Below are positions 53,000 through 60,742 of a DNA stretch of 64,000 bases, piece after piece. Where the stretch lies: positions 3,264,001 through 3,328,000 of the forward strand of contig OZ219754.1 in the NCBI GenBank assembly GCA_964291295.2, read 5' to 3'. The first letter of the stretch is position 1. Every line of letters starts with the position of its first letter. This DNA is from an uncultured Candidatus Binatia bacterium. GTDB taxonomy: Bacteria > Desulfobacterota > Binatia > UBA9968 > JAJDTQ01. The translations under genes and the position numbers were made by a program. The notes under the pieces were generated by a model, which was not told where the DNA came from, did not search any database, and worked only from the letters and a program-made list of their open reading frames with translations.

Positions 53000-54252
53000 C
53001 CCAACACTCCGGATGCCAGCAGCGTGCCGAGGTCGACGTCCTGCTGCCACTCTCGAAGCCGCGGGTGTTCGGAGCCGGGAACGATGTCGGTCGCGCCCTG
53101 GTCATCCTTCGCGAAGCAAAGCACCTCATCTCCGCTCGCGGCGTTCAACACCAACGGCGAGTGGGTCGCCAGCAGTACCTGGGCCGTGTACATGGAACGG
53201 AGGGAGTCGTAGACGGTGGCCACGGCACCGGGGTGAATCCCGTTCTCCGGCTCCTCTATCAGGTAGATCCCGCTCAGATCGGCAAGATACGCGGGCAGCG
53301 TGAGCGCCGTCAGTCGGAGTGTGCCGTCCGAGACAAGCCACGACGGAACCTTCAGGCGTCCGGCATATTCGTAGATCATGTAGCAGTGCCGGTCCTCCGG
53401 ACGTTCGATGGTCCTGATGTCCTCCAGGTCGGGAAGCGCCGTTTGCAAGTGCTTGATCCACGCCGCATGACGTCTTGGATCGCGCTTCCGAAGGCGAGCC
53501 ACGACCCAGGAGAGATTGGAGCCGTCCGGCAGGAACCCGGCGGCGCGCGTCGGCGGACTCGGGCGGCGGATCGCGCGGCTGTTGAGCATCAACCGCTGGA
53601 TGCGCGAATTGAGGTATTCGCGAAACCAGGTCGCTATTGAGAACGAATCTTCGTCCGCCGGGAGATTGCGCAACGCCGATCTCTTCGGCCCAAGCTTGAA
53701 AGATGGCGCCCAACTCCGGTCCGACGGTTTGGAATCGTTGTAGAAGTTGTCGTTACCTCCTTTGACCTTGTTGACCAAAACCTTGCGGTCCGACAGTCTG
53801 GTGCTTTCCTGAAGCGATGCCGGCGCTGCCGGAACCTGGGGAAAAAGCTCGCGCTGCTCCGCCGCGCGCACACCGGCCTTCTTCAAAAGCAGCGTCTCGG
53901 CCTTGAACTCGAACTGGCGCTCGGTGTCGTCGAAACCGATCTCCACCTGATACCGCACCGTATCCAGCTCCGGCTTCATCGACCGCTCGCGGAGATGGTC
54001 CGGCACCGTGGCCTCGACGGCCAGTTCCAGGCCGCTCCCGCAGCCACGGAACAACAGGTTGAGCGGATCCGAAGCGCGGTCTTCCAGGGCCTGTTCCAGG
54101 CCGTTCGATACGATGTCGCCGAGGAAGCCGATGACATCCAGGAAAGTCGTCTTGCCCGAAGCATTGGGGCCGACCAGGACGTGGAAAGGCTTCAGGGGCC
54201 GCGCCACATACTGCAGGCAGCGGTAGTTCAACGCTTCCACCAACGTGATCAC
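52996..54252 (-). CDS. ABC/AAA_21 ATPase (Mad3-like)
   Basis: GPNASGKT, signature VSDGT, LIEEPENGIHP, ATHSP. Confidence 0.85.
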   Translation of the reverse strand: MITLVEALNYRCLQYVARPLKPFHVLVGPNASGKTTFLDVIGFLGDIVSNGLEQALEDRASDPLNLLFRGCGSGLELAVEATVPDHLRERSMKPELDTVRYQVEIGFDDTERQFEFKAETLLLKKAGVRAAEQRELFPQVPAAPASLQESTRLSDRKVLVNKVKGGNDNFYNDSKPSDRSWAPSFKLGPKRSALRNLPADEDSFSIATWFREYLNSRIQRLMLNSRAIRRPSPPTRAAGFLPDGSNLSWVVARLRKRDPRRHAAWIKHLQTALPDLEDIRTIERPEDRHCYMIYEYAGRLKVPSWLVSDGTLRLTALTLPAYLADLSGIYLIEEPENGIHPGAVATVYDSLRSMYTAQVLLATHSPLVLNAASGDEVLCFAKDDQGATDIVPGSEHPRLREWQQDVDLGTLLASGVLG

Positions 54253-54284
54253 CGCCGCTCCCCATCGGGCGATCCCGCGTCCGG

Positions 54285-54412
54285 AATGTAGTGCAACAGG
54301 TCCTCCGTCTCCCCCTCGATCGCCAGAATATCTGTGCGAATGTCCTTCAGGGGTCGCTTCGGCTGTGGCCTGTAGAAGTACCGGTTGAGGCTGCCCTCGT
54401 AGCCGACTTGCC
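54285..54412 (-). repeat. Relict duplicate of the hsdM 3' end
   Basis: Encodes QVGYEGSLNRYFYRPQPKRPLKDIRTDILAIEGETEDLL; 54360-54406 matches 55178-55224 at 42/47 nt. Confidence 0.85.
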
Positions 54413-54438
54413 GTGTGCTCCCTGGAGAAACCCGCGTA

Positions 54439-54627
54439 TCACTGCCTGGAGCGTTCCGCTTCCATGGCCGTCAGGCGCTGCCGGAGCGGGGCGCTTTCAC
54501 GATATCTTCGCCAGTACTCATCGAATTCCTTGCCGCCCAGGTGTTTCGTTTCCTCGTAAACCCTCCTGCGAGCTTCGCGCATGAACTCGACGCAGTCGAA
54601 CTTGTCGGGCGCCTTACTCGTCATCAT
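54439..54627 (-). CDS. Small PIN-associated protein, putative antitoxin
   Basis: KFDCVEFMREARRRVYEETK; about 62 aa; AAGGAG RBS; overlaps the end of the PIN domain. Confidence 0.7.
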   Translation of the reverse strand: MMTSKAPDKFDCVEFMREARRRVYEETKHLGGKEFDEYWRRYRESAPLRQRLTAMEAERSRQ

Positions 54628-57064
54628 TGATCTCCTTCGGCGTTCGGATGTCGATTGCCGGGTAACCGAGTCTCCGGTTGACGCCATTGTACGCCCGGAT
54701 ACGCCCCCAACTCACCATCTGCTTGAAATTCCAGCTTGCAATGACATCAACCTCGCCGATGCTGGCGATGGCCACATGCAACGCAACGTTGTAGTTTGCC
54801 GGAGCCACGACTCCGGCTGCGATATAGGCCTCCGCAAGCTTGCGGGCCGGTTCGGATTCCCGAACCGTTTCAAAGTGGGCTTCCGGTATGTGTTCGATGA
54901 CAGCACGCACGCCAGGCGGTGCGTTTTCCAGATTCTTTCGAGTCACTTCCGAGAAGACCAGCGTTGCCTCGCCGCTGCGGAAGCCATCGAACAGGCGACG
55001 TGATGCTTCGCGGAACTCGTCGTCTTCACAACCGCCGATCACGGATGTATCCGCATAGATCCGGGGTTTCGCAGTGTATTCCGTTCCCGGTTCGCGCACC
55101 ATGAAGTCGGGAAGCAAGCTCTCGAAGTCAGCCTGGAGCTGGAGGATATCGGTTCGAATCTCGCCCAGCGTACGCAACGGCTGCGGCTTGTAGAAGTACC
55201 GGTTGAAGCTGATCTCGTAGCCGATCTTCACACTGTCATGCCGGTACCAGGCATCGGGTGCCCAGGGCAGCACTTCGCGTCGCAGGAAGGCTTCGAGGCC
55301 GCCCGCCTCCTGCAACGGAATCTGCTCGGTGTCGCGCAGGCCGGTGTCCGGCTCGTATTCGACCACGGCGGACCGGCGGTTCAGGGTCGTCGCGAACAGG
55401 CCGCGCAGCGGGTTGGCCTCCGTGCCACGCTTGTGGACCTTCCGGATGACCGCCGGTGCGTCCTCGCTCCGCCGGCCGTTCTCTTTCAACTCCTTGATCT
55501 CGGAAGCCTGGTAGACGCGGTTCGGATCGGCGCCCACGATCCGCAGCGGCCGCTCCACCGCCACCTTCCGATAGCCGAAGGCGGCGTTGTCGAAGATCCT
55601 GCTCTGCGCGCTCTCCTCGAAGGCGAGGAAGGTGCCGCAGATGCGCCTGATATCGTCCTCGCCGAGCTCACAGTTCTTCTTGCCGAGGTTCTTGCGCAGC
55701 GGCCGGTGCCAGCCGGTGGCATCGATCAATTGCACCTTGCCGCGCCGATGTTCCGGCTTGCGGTTGGTCAGCATCCAGACATAGGTGGCGATGCCGGTAT
55801 TGTAGAACAGGTTGAGCGGCAGGGCGACGATGGCTTCGAGCCAGTCGTTCTCGATGATCCAGCGGCGGATGTTGCTCTCGCCCTGGCCGGCATCTCCGGT
55901 GAACAGCGAACTGCCGTTGTGCACCTCGGCGATGCGGCTGCCGAGCGGGGTGTTCCGCTTCATCTTCGACAGCATGTTCGCGAGGAACAGCATCTGCCCG
56001 TCGCTGGAGCGCGTGGCCAGAGAGTACTCCGGATCGCCGTCATGCTCGATCAGGAACCGTGGATCGCGCAGGCTCTTCCTGCCGCCCATGCGCTCCATGT
56101 CCGTCTTCCAGCTCTTGCCGTAGGGCGGATTGGACAGCATGAAGTCGAACTCGCGGGCCGGGAAGGCGTCGTTGGCCAAGGTGGAATGCACCGGGCCGCC
56201 GACGATGTTGTCGGCGGCTTCGCCCTCGCCCTTGAGCAGCAGGTCGGCCTTGCAGATGGCGCAGGTCTCGGCGTTGATCTCCTGGCCGTACAGGTGCGTG
56301 GAGACCTGCTTGCCGCGCTCGGCGGCAAGCTCCCGCAAGGTCTCCTCGGCCACCGTCAGCATGCCGCCCGTGCCGCAGGCGCCGTCATAGAGCAGCCAGG
56401 TTCCGGATTCGATCCGGTCGGCGACGGGCAGGAACACGAGCCTGGCCATCAGGCGCACGGCGTCTCTCGGGGTCCAGTGCTCGCCCGCCTCTTCGTTGTT
56501 CTCCTCGTTGAACCGGCGCACCAGCTCTTCGAAGATCGTGCCCATGCCGTGGTTGTCCAGGCCGGGATGACGAACGGCGCCCGCGGTATCCATTACCGGG
56601 GCCGGGCTCAGATTGACTTCAGCCGAGGTCAGTTTCTCGATCAACGCGCCGAGGGCGTCGGCACGGGCGAGACGCGGGATCTGGTTGCGAAACTCGAAGC
56701 TGTCGAGGATGGCCTGCACGTTGGGCGAGAACCCGTCGAGCCAGGCTTCGAAATCGGCCCTGAGTTGCTGCGAACTGGAGCGGGCGCGCAGGCCGCGCAG
56801 GGTGAACGGCGAGGCATTGTAGAACGCCTGACCCGCGGCCTGGCGCAGCGCGGCATCCTGTTCGACCACGCCCGCCGCATCAAGCGAGTCCTTCATGTCG
56901 AGCACGGCCCGCTTGCCGTCTTCCAGCACCGCGTCCAGCCGCCGCAGCACGGTCATGGGCAGGGTCACGTCGCGGTATTTGCCGCGCACGTAGAGATCCC
57001 GCAGCACGTCGTCCGCGATGCCCCAGATGTAGTTCGCAATCCAGTTGAGGTCGCCGTTGCCCAT
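54614..57064 (-). CDS. hsdM: Type I m6A methyltransferase HsdM with C-terminal PIN-domain fusion
   Basis: IWGIADDVLRD, EAGEHWTPR, DGACGTGG, NPPY, GYEISFNRYFY; then RIYADTSVIGG...SWNFK...IRTP. Confidence 0.92.
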   Translation of the reverse strand: MGNGDLNWIANYIWGIADDVLRDLYVRGKYRDVTLPMTVLRRLDAVLEDGKRAVLDMKDSLDAAGVVEQDAALRQAAGQAFYNASPFTLRGLRARSSSQQLRADFEAWLDGFSPNVQAILDSFEFRNQIPRLARADALGALIEKLTSAEVNLSPAPVMDTAGAVRHPGLDNHGMGTIFEELVRRFNEENNEEAGEHWTPRDAVRLMARLVFLPVADRIESGTWLLYDGACGTGGMLTVAEETLRELAAERGKQVSTHLYGQEINAETCAICKADLLLKGEGEAADNIVGGPVHSTLANDAFPAREFDFMLSNPPYGKSWKTDMERMGGRKSLRDPRFLIEHDGDPEYSLATRSSDGQMLFLANMLSKMKRNTPLGSRIAEVHNGSSLFTGDAGQGESNIRRWIIENDWLEAIVALPLNLFYNTGIATYVWMLTNRKPEHRRGKVQLIDATGWHRPLRKNLGKKNCELGEDDIRRICGTFLAFEESAQSRIFDNAAFGYRKVAVERPLRIVGADPNRVYQASEIKELKENGRRSEDAPAVIRKVHKRGTEANPLRGLFATTLNRRSAVVEYEPDTGLRDTEQIPLQEAGGLEAFLRREVLPWAPDAWYRHDSVKIGYEISFNRYFYKPQPLRTLGEIRTDILQLQADFESLLPDFMVREPGTEYTAKPRIYADTSVIGGCEDDEFREASRRLFDGFRSGEATLVFSEVTRKNLENAPPGVRAVIEHIPEAHFETVRESEPARKLAEAYIAAGVVAPANYNVALHVAIASIGEVDVIASWNFKQMVSWGRIRAYNGVNRRLGYPAIDIRTPKEINDDE

Positions 57065-57223
57065 CTCGCATCCAGTCCGTGGTCTCGTGTTCGGCCTGCG
57101 GGGCGGCGGCCATCCCCGGGCCTCCCTCTCCTGGAAGCACGATCCCGCCTCGTACCGGAGCCGGCGCGCCGTCTTCATCCGGAACCCGCACCGCACGCGC
57201 CGCCCGGCAAGCCGGCGGCCCGG

Positions 57224-58513
57224 TCAGCGTTTCGTGTCGGCGATTTCCAGCGCGGCGAAGGCGTACATCCGGGCGGCGGCCTCGAGGTCGTCCACCTTCT
57301 GCATCTCGCCGGTGGCCGGCTTGGCGTCGGCGGCCTCCGGCGAGGGGCCGCACTTGATGGCGGGAATGCCCACTTCCGCGAACACCGTCAGGTCGGCGTA
57401 GGTGCTGGTGAAGGCGTCCCGGATCGGTTCCACCTTGCGTCCCCGCACGTATTCGTGCGCCTCTTCCATGGCGGCCACCAGCGGCTCCGCACCCTTGGAC
57501 TCGTACCCGTTGACGGACAGGAACAGCGAACACGCGGCCTCGATGGCGGTGTCCGCCACCACCGCCTTCACCTCCCGCAGCACGTCGATGGCGCGCTGTT
57601 CCGGGGTCATGAACGCCTCCACATAGAGGTTGCAGATGGCCGGCGAGAAATTGGGCTTGAACGGCGCACCGCCGAAGATGGAGCCGATGTTGACCTTCGG
57701 AACCATCGTGGCGGCGGCGAACTCGTAGCGGTGCTCCCGCTCGTAGCGCCGCGCCCAGTCTTCCAGGGCCGGAATGATGGAGGCCATGCGCACCACCGCG
57801 TTCCTGCTCTCCCGGGCATCCACCGGATGGTCCACGAACGGCCCGTACATCGGCTCGCCAAAGGTGGTGATCTTGATGAACACCGCGCCGCACTGCGCCC
57901 AGGTGATGCGGAACTGGGACGGCTCCACCACGATGCAATAGTCGCCCACGACCCCGTGGGTGACCAGGTAACGCGCGCCGTGGCCCTTTCCCCGGTAGGC
58001 CGGACCCTGGTAGTGGTCCACCGGCGCCCGGCCGATCTCCCCCGCCACCCCCGTGACGATGACGTCGCCCTTGAGCCGGACCCCGCTCTCCTTCAGCGCC
58101 TTGGCCATGGCCAGGGTGCAGGCGAGCGGCCCCTTGTCGTTGACGATGCCGCTGCCGTAGATGACCTCGCCGTCACGCCGGGCCAGCGCCTGCCACTCCG
58201 GGCGGGTGCCGCCGGTGATCCACAGATCCTCCGGGGTTCCGGCCAAGGCCGTGTCCATGTGCCCGTTGAACAGCAGCGTCGGTCCCTCGCCGGTGCCGGG
58301 GAGGACGCCCACCACATTGGCCCGGCCCGGCTCGGTGTGCTGCAGGAACGTCTCGATGCCCTGTTCCCGCAGCCAACCGTGGATGAACCGCGCCACCTCC
58401 TCTTCGCTGCCCGTGGGCGTGGGGATGCTGACCACGTCCATGGCCAGCCGGGCCAGCTCCTCCCGGTCGATGTGGGAAAAGACCTTTTCCAGGGTCGCCT
58501 GATCGGTTTGCAT
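57224..58513 (-). CDS. M20/ArgE-DapE family metallohydrolase with atypical motifs
   Basis: NGHMDT, G.G..NDKG, VAGEI, VVEPS. Confidence 0.8.
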   Translation of the reverse strand: MQTDQATLEKVFSHIDREELARLAMDVVSIPTPTGSEEEVARFIHGWLREQGIETFLQHTEPGRANVVGVLPGTGEGPTLLFNGHMDTALAGTPEDLWITGGTRPEWQALARRDGEVIYGSGIVNDKGPLACTLAMAKALKESGVRLKGDVIVTGVAGEIGRAPVDHYQGPAYRGKGHGARYLVTHGVVGDYCIVVEPSQFRITWAQCGAVFIKITTFGEPMYGPFVDHPVDARESRNAVVRMASIIPALEDWARRYEREHRYEFAAATMVPKVNIGSIFGGAPFKPNFSPAICNLYVEAFMTPEQRAIDVLREVKAVVADTAIEAACSLFLSVNGYESKGAEPLVAAMEEAHEYVRGRKVEPIRDAFTSTYADLTVFAEVGIPAIKCGPSPEAADAKPATGEMQKVDDLEAAARMYAFAALEIADTKR

Positions 58514-58646
58514 GGCTGGAACCCCCGTGCGGCCCGGAGGCTAACGAACAGGGACGCCGCAAGTCAAGCGCGTCAGGGAGGCCAAGACAAGCGCGCCAAG
58601 GCCCCCGGAACTTCCCGCCGGCGACCGGCCCGCCGGGAGCGGGAAT

Positions 58647-58676
58647 TTGACACGGCTGGACGCCATCGGATATCTT
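58647..58676 (+). promoter_or_regulatory. Putative sigma70 promoter for the ubiD-like gene
   Basis: TTGACA-18 nt-TATCTT. Confidence 0.45.
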
Positions 58677-58829
58677 CGGGAACTTGATCTGGAACTGGAT
58701 CCGGAGTTGCCGGGCCTGCCGTTTCCTTCCGCCACCCAAGCCCCGGACCCGGGCTGTCACACGGCCGAACGGGGCGACGGAAACTCTTGCAACATCACTC
58801 GAACGTCCGACGCGAACAGGAGGCAGTCC

Positions 58830-60458
58830 ATGGGTTATGCAGACCTGCATGAGCACCTGAAGATGCTCGAAGAGGCGGGGCACCTGCGCCGCATCAACCA
58901 GAAGATCAACAAGGACACCGAACTGCACCCGCTGGTGCGCTGGCAGTACCGGGGCGGGATTCCCGACGAGGAACGCAAGGCTTGGTACTTCTCCAACGTC
59001 ACCGACTCCCGCGGTCGCCGCTTCGACTTTCCGGTGGTGGTGGGTGCGCTGGCCGGCAGCCGGGCCATCTATTTCCTCGGCATGGGCTGCGACAGCGCCG
59101 AGGAGATGGACAAGAAGTGGAAGCACGCCCTCTCCAATCCGGTGACGCCGAAAGTGGTGGACGACCCGGCGTGCCACGAAGTGGTGATGACCGGCGACCC
59201 CCTGGAGCGGGACGGACTGGACAAGTTTCCGGTGCCCATCTCCACCCCGGGCTTCGACAACGGCCCGTACACGACCTGCTCCCACTGGATCACCCGGGAC
59301 CCCGAGACCGGCATCGGCAACATCGGCAACTACCGCGGCCAGATCAAGTCCCGCACCCGGGTCGGCGTGTTCCCGTCCGGACTGGGCCAGGACATCTACC
59401 TTCACTGGAAGAACGCCCAGAAGCGCGGCGAGCCGCTGGAGGCGGCCCTGGTCATCGGCGCACCGCCGGTGGTCTCCTACGTCTCGGTGCAGAAAGTCGA
59501 CTACGGCGTGGACGAGATGGCCATCGCCGGCGGTTTCGTGGGCGAGCCCATTCGCATGGCCCGGTGCAGGACCGTGGACCTGCAGGTGCCGGCGGAGTCC
59601 GAGATCGTCATCGAGGGTCGCCTCAACACCGAGTTCGTGGAGCCCGAGGGCCCCTTCGGCGAGTCCCACGGCTACATGCACCCGCGGCAGTTGAACCCGT
59701 TCATGGACGTCACCGCCATCACCCACCGCAAGAACGCCATCTACGTTTCGTGGCTGAGCCAGCTCACGCCCAGCGAATCGTCGGTCATCCGCAAGATCGG
59801 CTACGACCGGCTCATGCTGGTGCACCTGAGAGACCACTGCCGCATCACCAGCGTCATGCGGGTGGAGATGCACGAGCCGCTGACCAACACCTACAAGCTC
59901 GTCATCGTGCAGATGAAGCGCCCGAAGGAGGCCGAGGTGTGGCGGGCGCTGCACGCGGCGGCGTCGTTTCACCCCGGCGTGGGCAAGATCGTCATCGCGG
60001 TGGACGAGGACATCGACCCGGCGGACGAGGCCGCGGTGTTCTGGGCCATGTGCTACCGCATGAAGCCGCACAAGGACGTGCAGATCATCGGCGGCATGGA
60101 GAAGGGGCACGCGCCCCCGTTCTTCTACAAGGACGCGGACAAGGGCACGGACGTGGTGTCGTACCACCTGCCGGCGGACGAGTCGGGGATGCTGTGCAAC
60201 GCCATCCAGAAGGAGCCCTTCCCGCCCGTGTCCCTGCCCAAGCGGGAGTACATGGAACACGCCAGGGAACTATGGGAGGAGTTCATGCTGCCGCCCCTCA
60301 AGCCCAAGATGCCGTGGTACGGCTACTCTCTGGGCCAATGGGACGATGAACTGGACGAGGAGGCGAAACTCGCGGTGGAAGGGCGCTACTTCGAGACCGG
60401 CGAAAAGCTCAAGTCCCGGCGGGTCAAGGCCAGCGAGGTGGAGGAGGACGACCACTGA
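58830..60458 (+). CDS. UbiD-family prFMN-dependent decarboxylase
   Basis: NIGNYR, VPAESEIVIEG, EGPFGE.HGY, VDEDIDP. Confidence 0.92.
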   Translation: MGYADLHEHLKMLEEAGHLRRINQKINKDTELHPLVRWQYRGGIPDEERKAWYFSNVTDSRGRRFDFPVVVGALAGSRAIYFLGMGCDSAEEMDKKWKHALSNPVTPKVVDDPACHEVVMTGDPLERDGLDKFPVPISTPGFDNGPYTTCSHWITRDPETGIGNIGNYRGQIKSRTRVGVFPSGLGQDIYLHWKNAQKRGEPLEAALVIGAPPVVSYVSVQKVDYGVDEMAIAGGFVGEPIRMARCRTVDLQVPAESEIVIEGRLNTEFVEPEGPFGESHGYMHPRQLNPFMDVTAITHRKNAIYVSWLSQLTPSESSVIRKIGYDRLMLVHLRDHCRITSVMRVEMHEPLTNTYKLVIVQMKRPKEAEVWRALHAAASFHPGVGKIVIAVDEDIDPADEAAVFWAMCYRMKPHKDVQIIGGMEKGHAPPFFYKDADKGTDVVSYHLPADESGMLCNAIQKEPFPPVSLPKREYMEHARELWEEFMLPPLKPKMPWYGYSLGQWDDELDEEAKLAVEGRYFETGEKLKSRRVKASEVEEDDH

Positions 60459-60501
60459 GGAAGATCGGAGCAAGACGCAGGCGCCGCATCGCCTTGCTCG
60501 C

Positions 60502-60549
60502 AAGGCTTGACAGAAAAAAGGCTTGACAAAAAAGGGGGGGGGGTATTCT
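60502..60549 (+). promoter_or_regulatory. Promoter with duplicated -35 and a G10 tract in the spacer
   Basis: 16-bp tandem aaggcTTGACA units at 60502 and 60518; TTGACA (60523)-15 nt including G10 (60534-60543)-TATTCT (60544). Confidence 0.7.
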
Positions 60550-60742
60550 CTGACTGAAGTTTCCCCAAGGGCAGGCACGCGCAAGAAGAGAGATATCAGG
60601 GAAAACCATCAAGCGTGGCGATGCCGGCGCATGATGCCAGCGAGAGGCGGTGCTGGCAACGATTCCGGCGGGCACTCGATCAGGCGTCCGCTGTTCGGTG
60701 GGTGTCGCGAACAGGAAGGCCTTGTAGAGAAAGGACGAAACG

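Noticed and set aside
52379-57064. Complete MADS system
   Set aside because: Only Mad3/Mad4-like genes are present; the kinase and other MADS genes are absent and HsdR is present
46835-57223. R-M locus as a bounded mobile element
   Set aside because: No integrase, att-like flanking repeats or terminal inverted repeats seen
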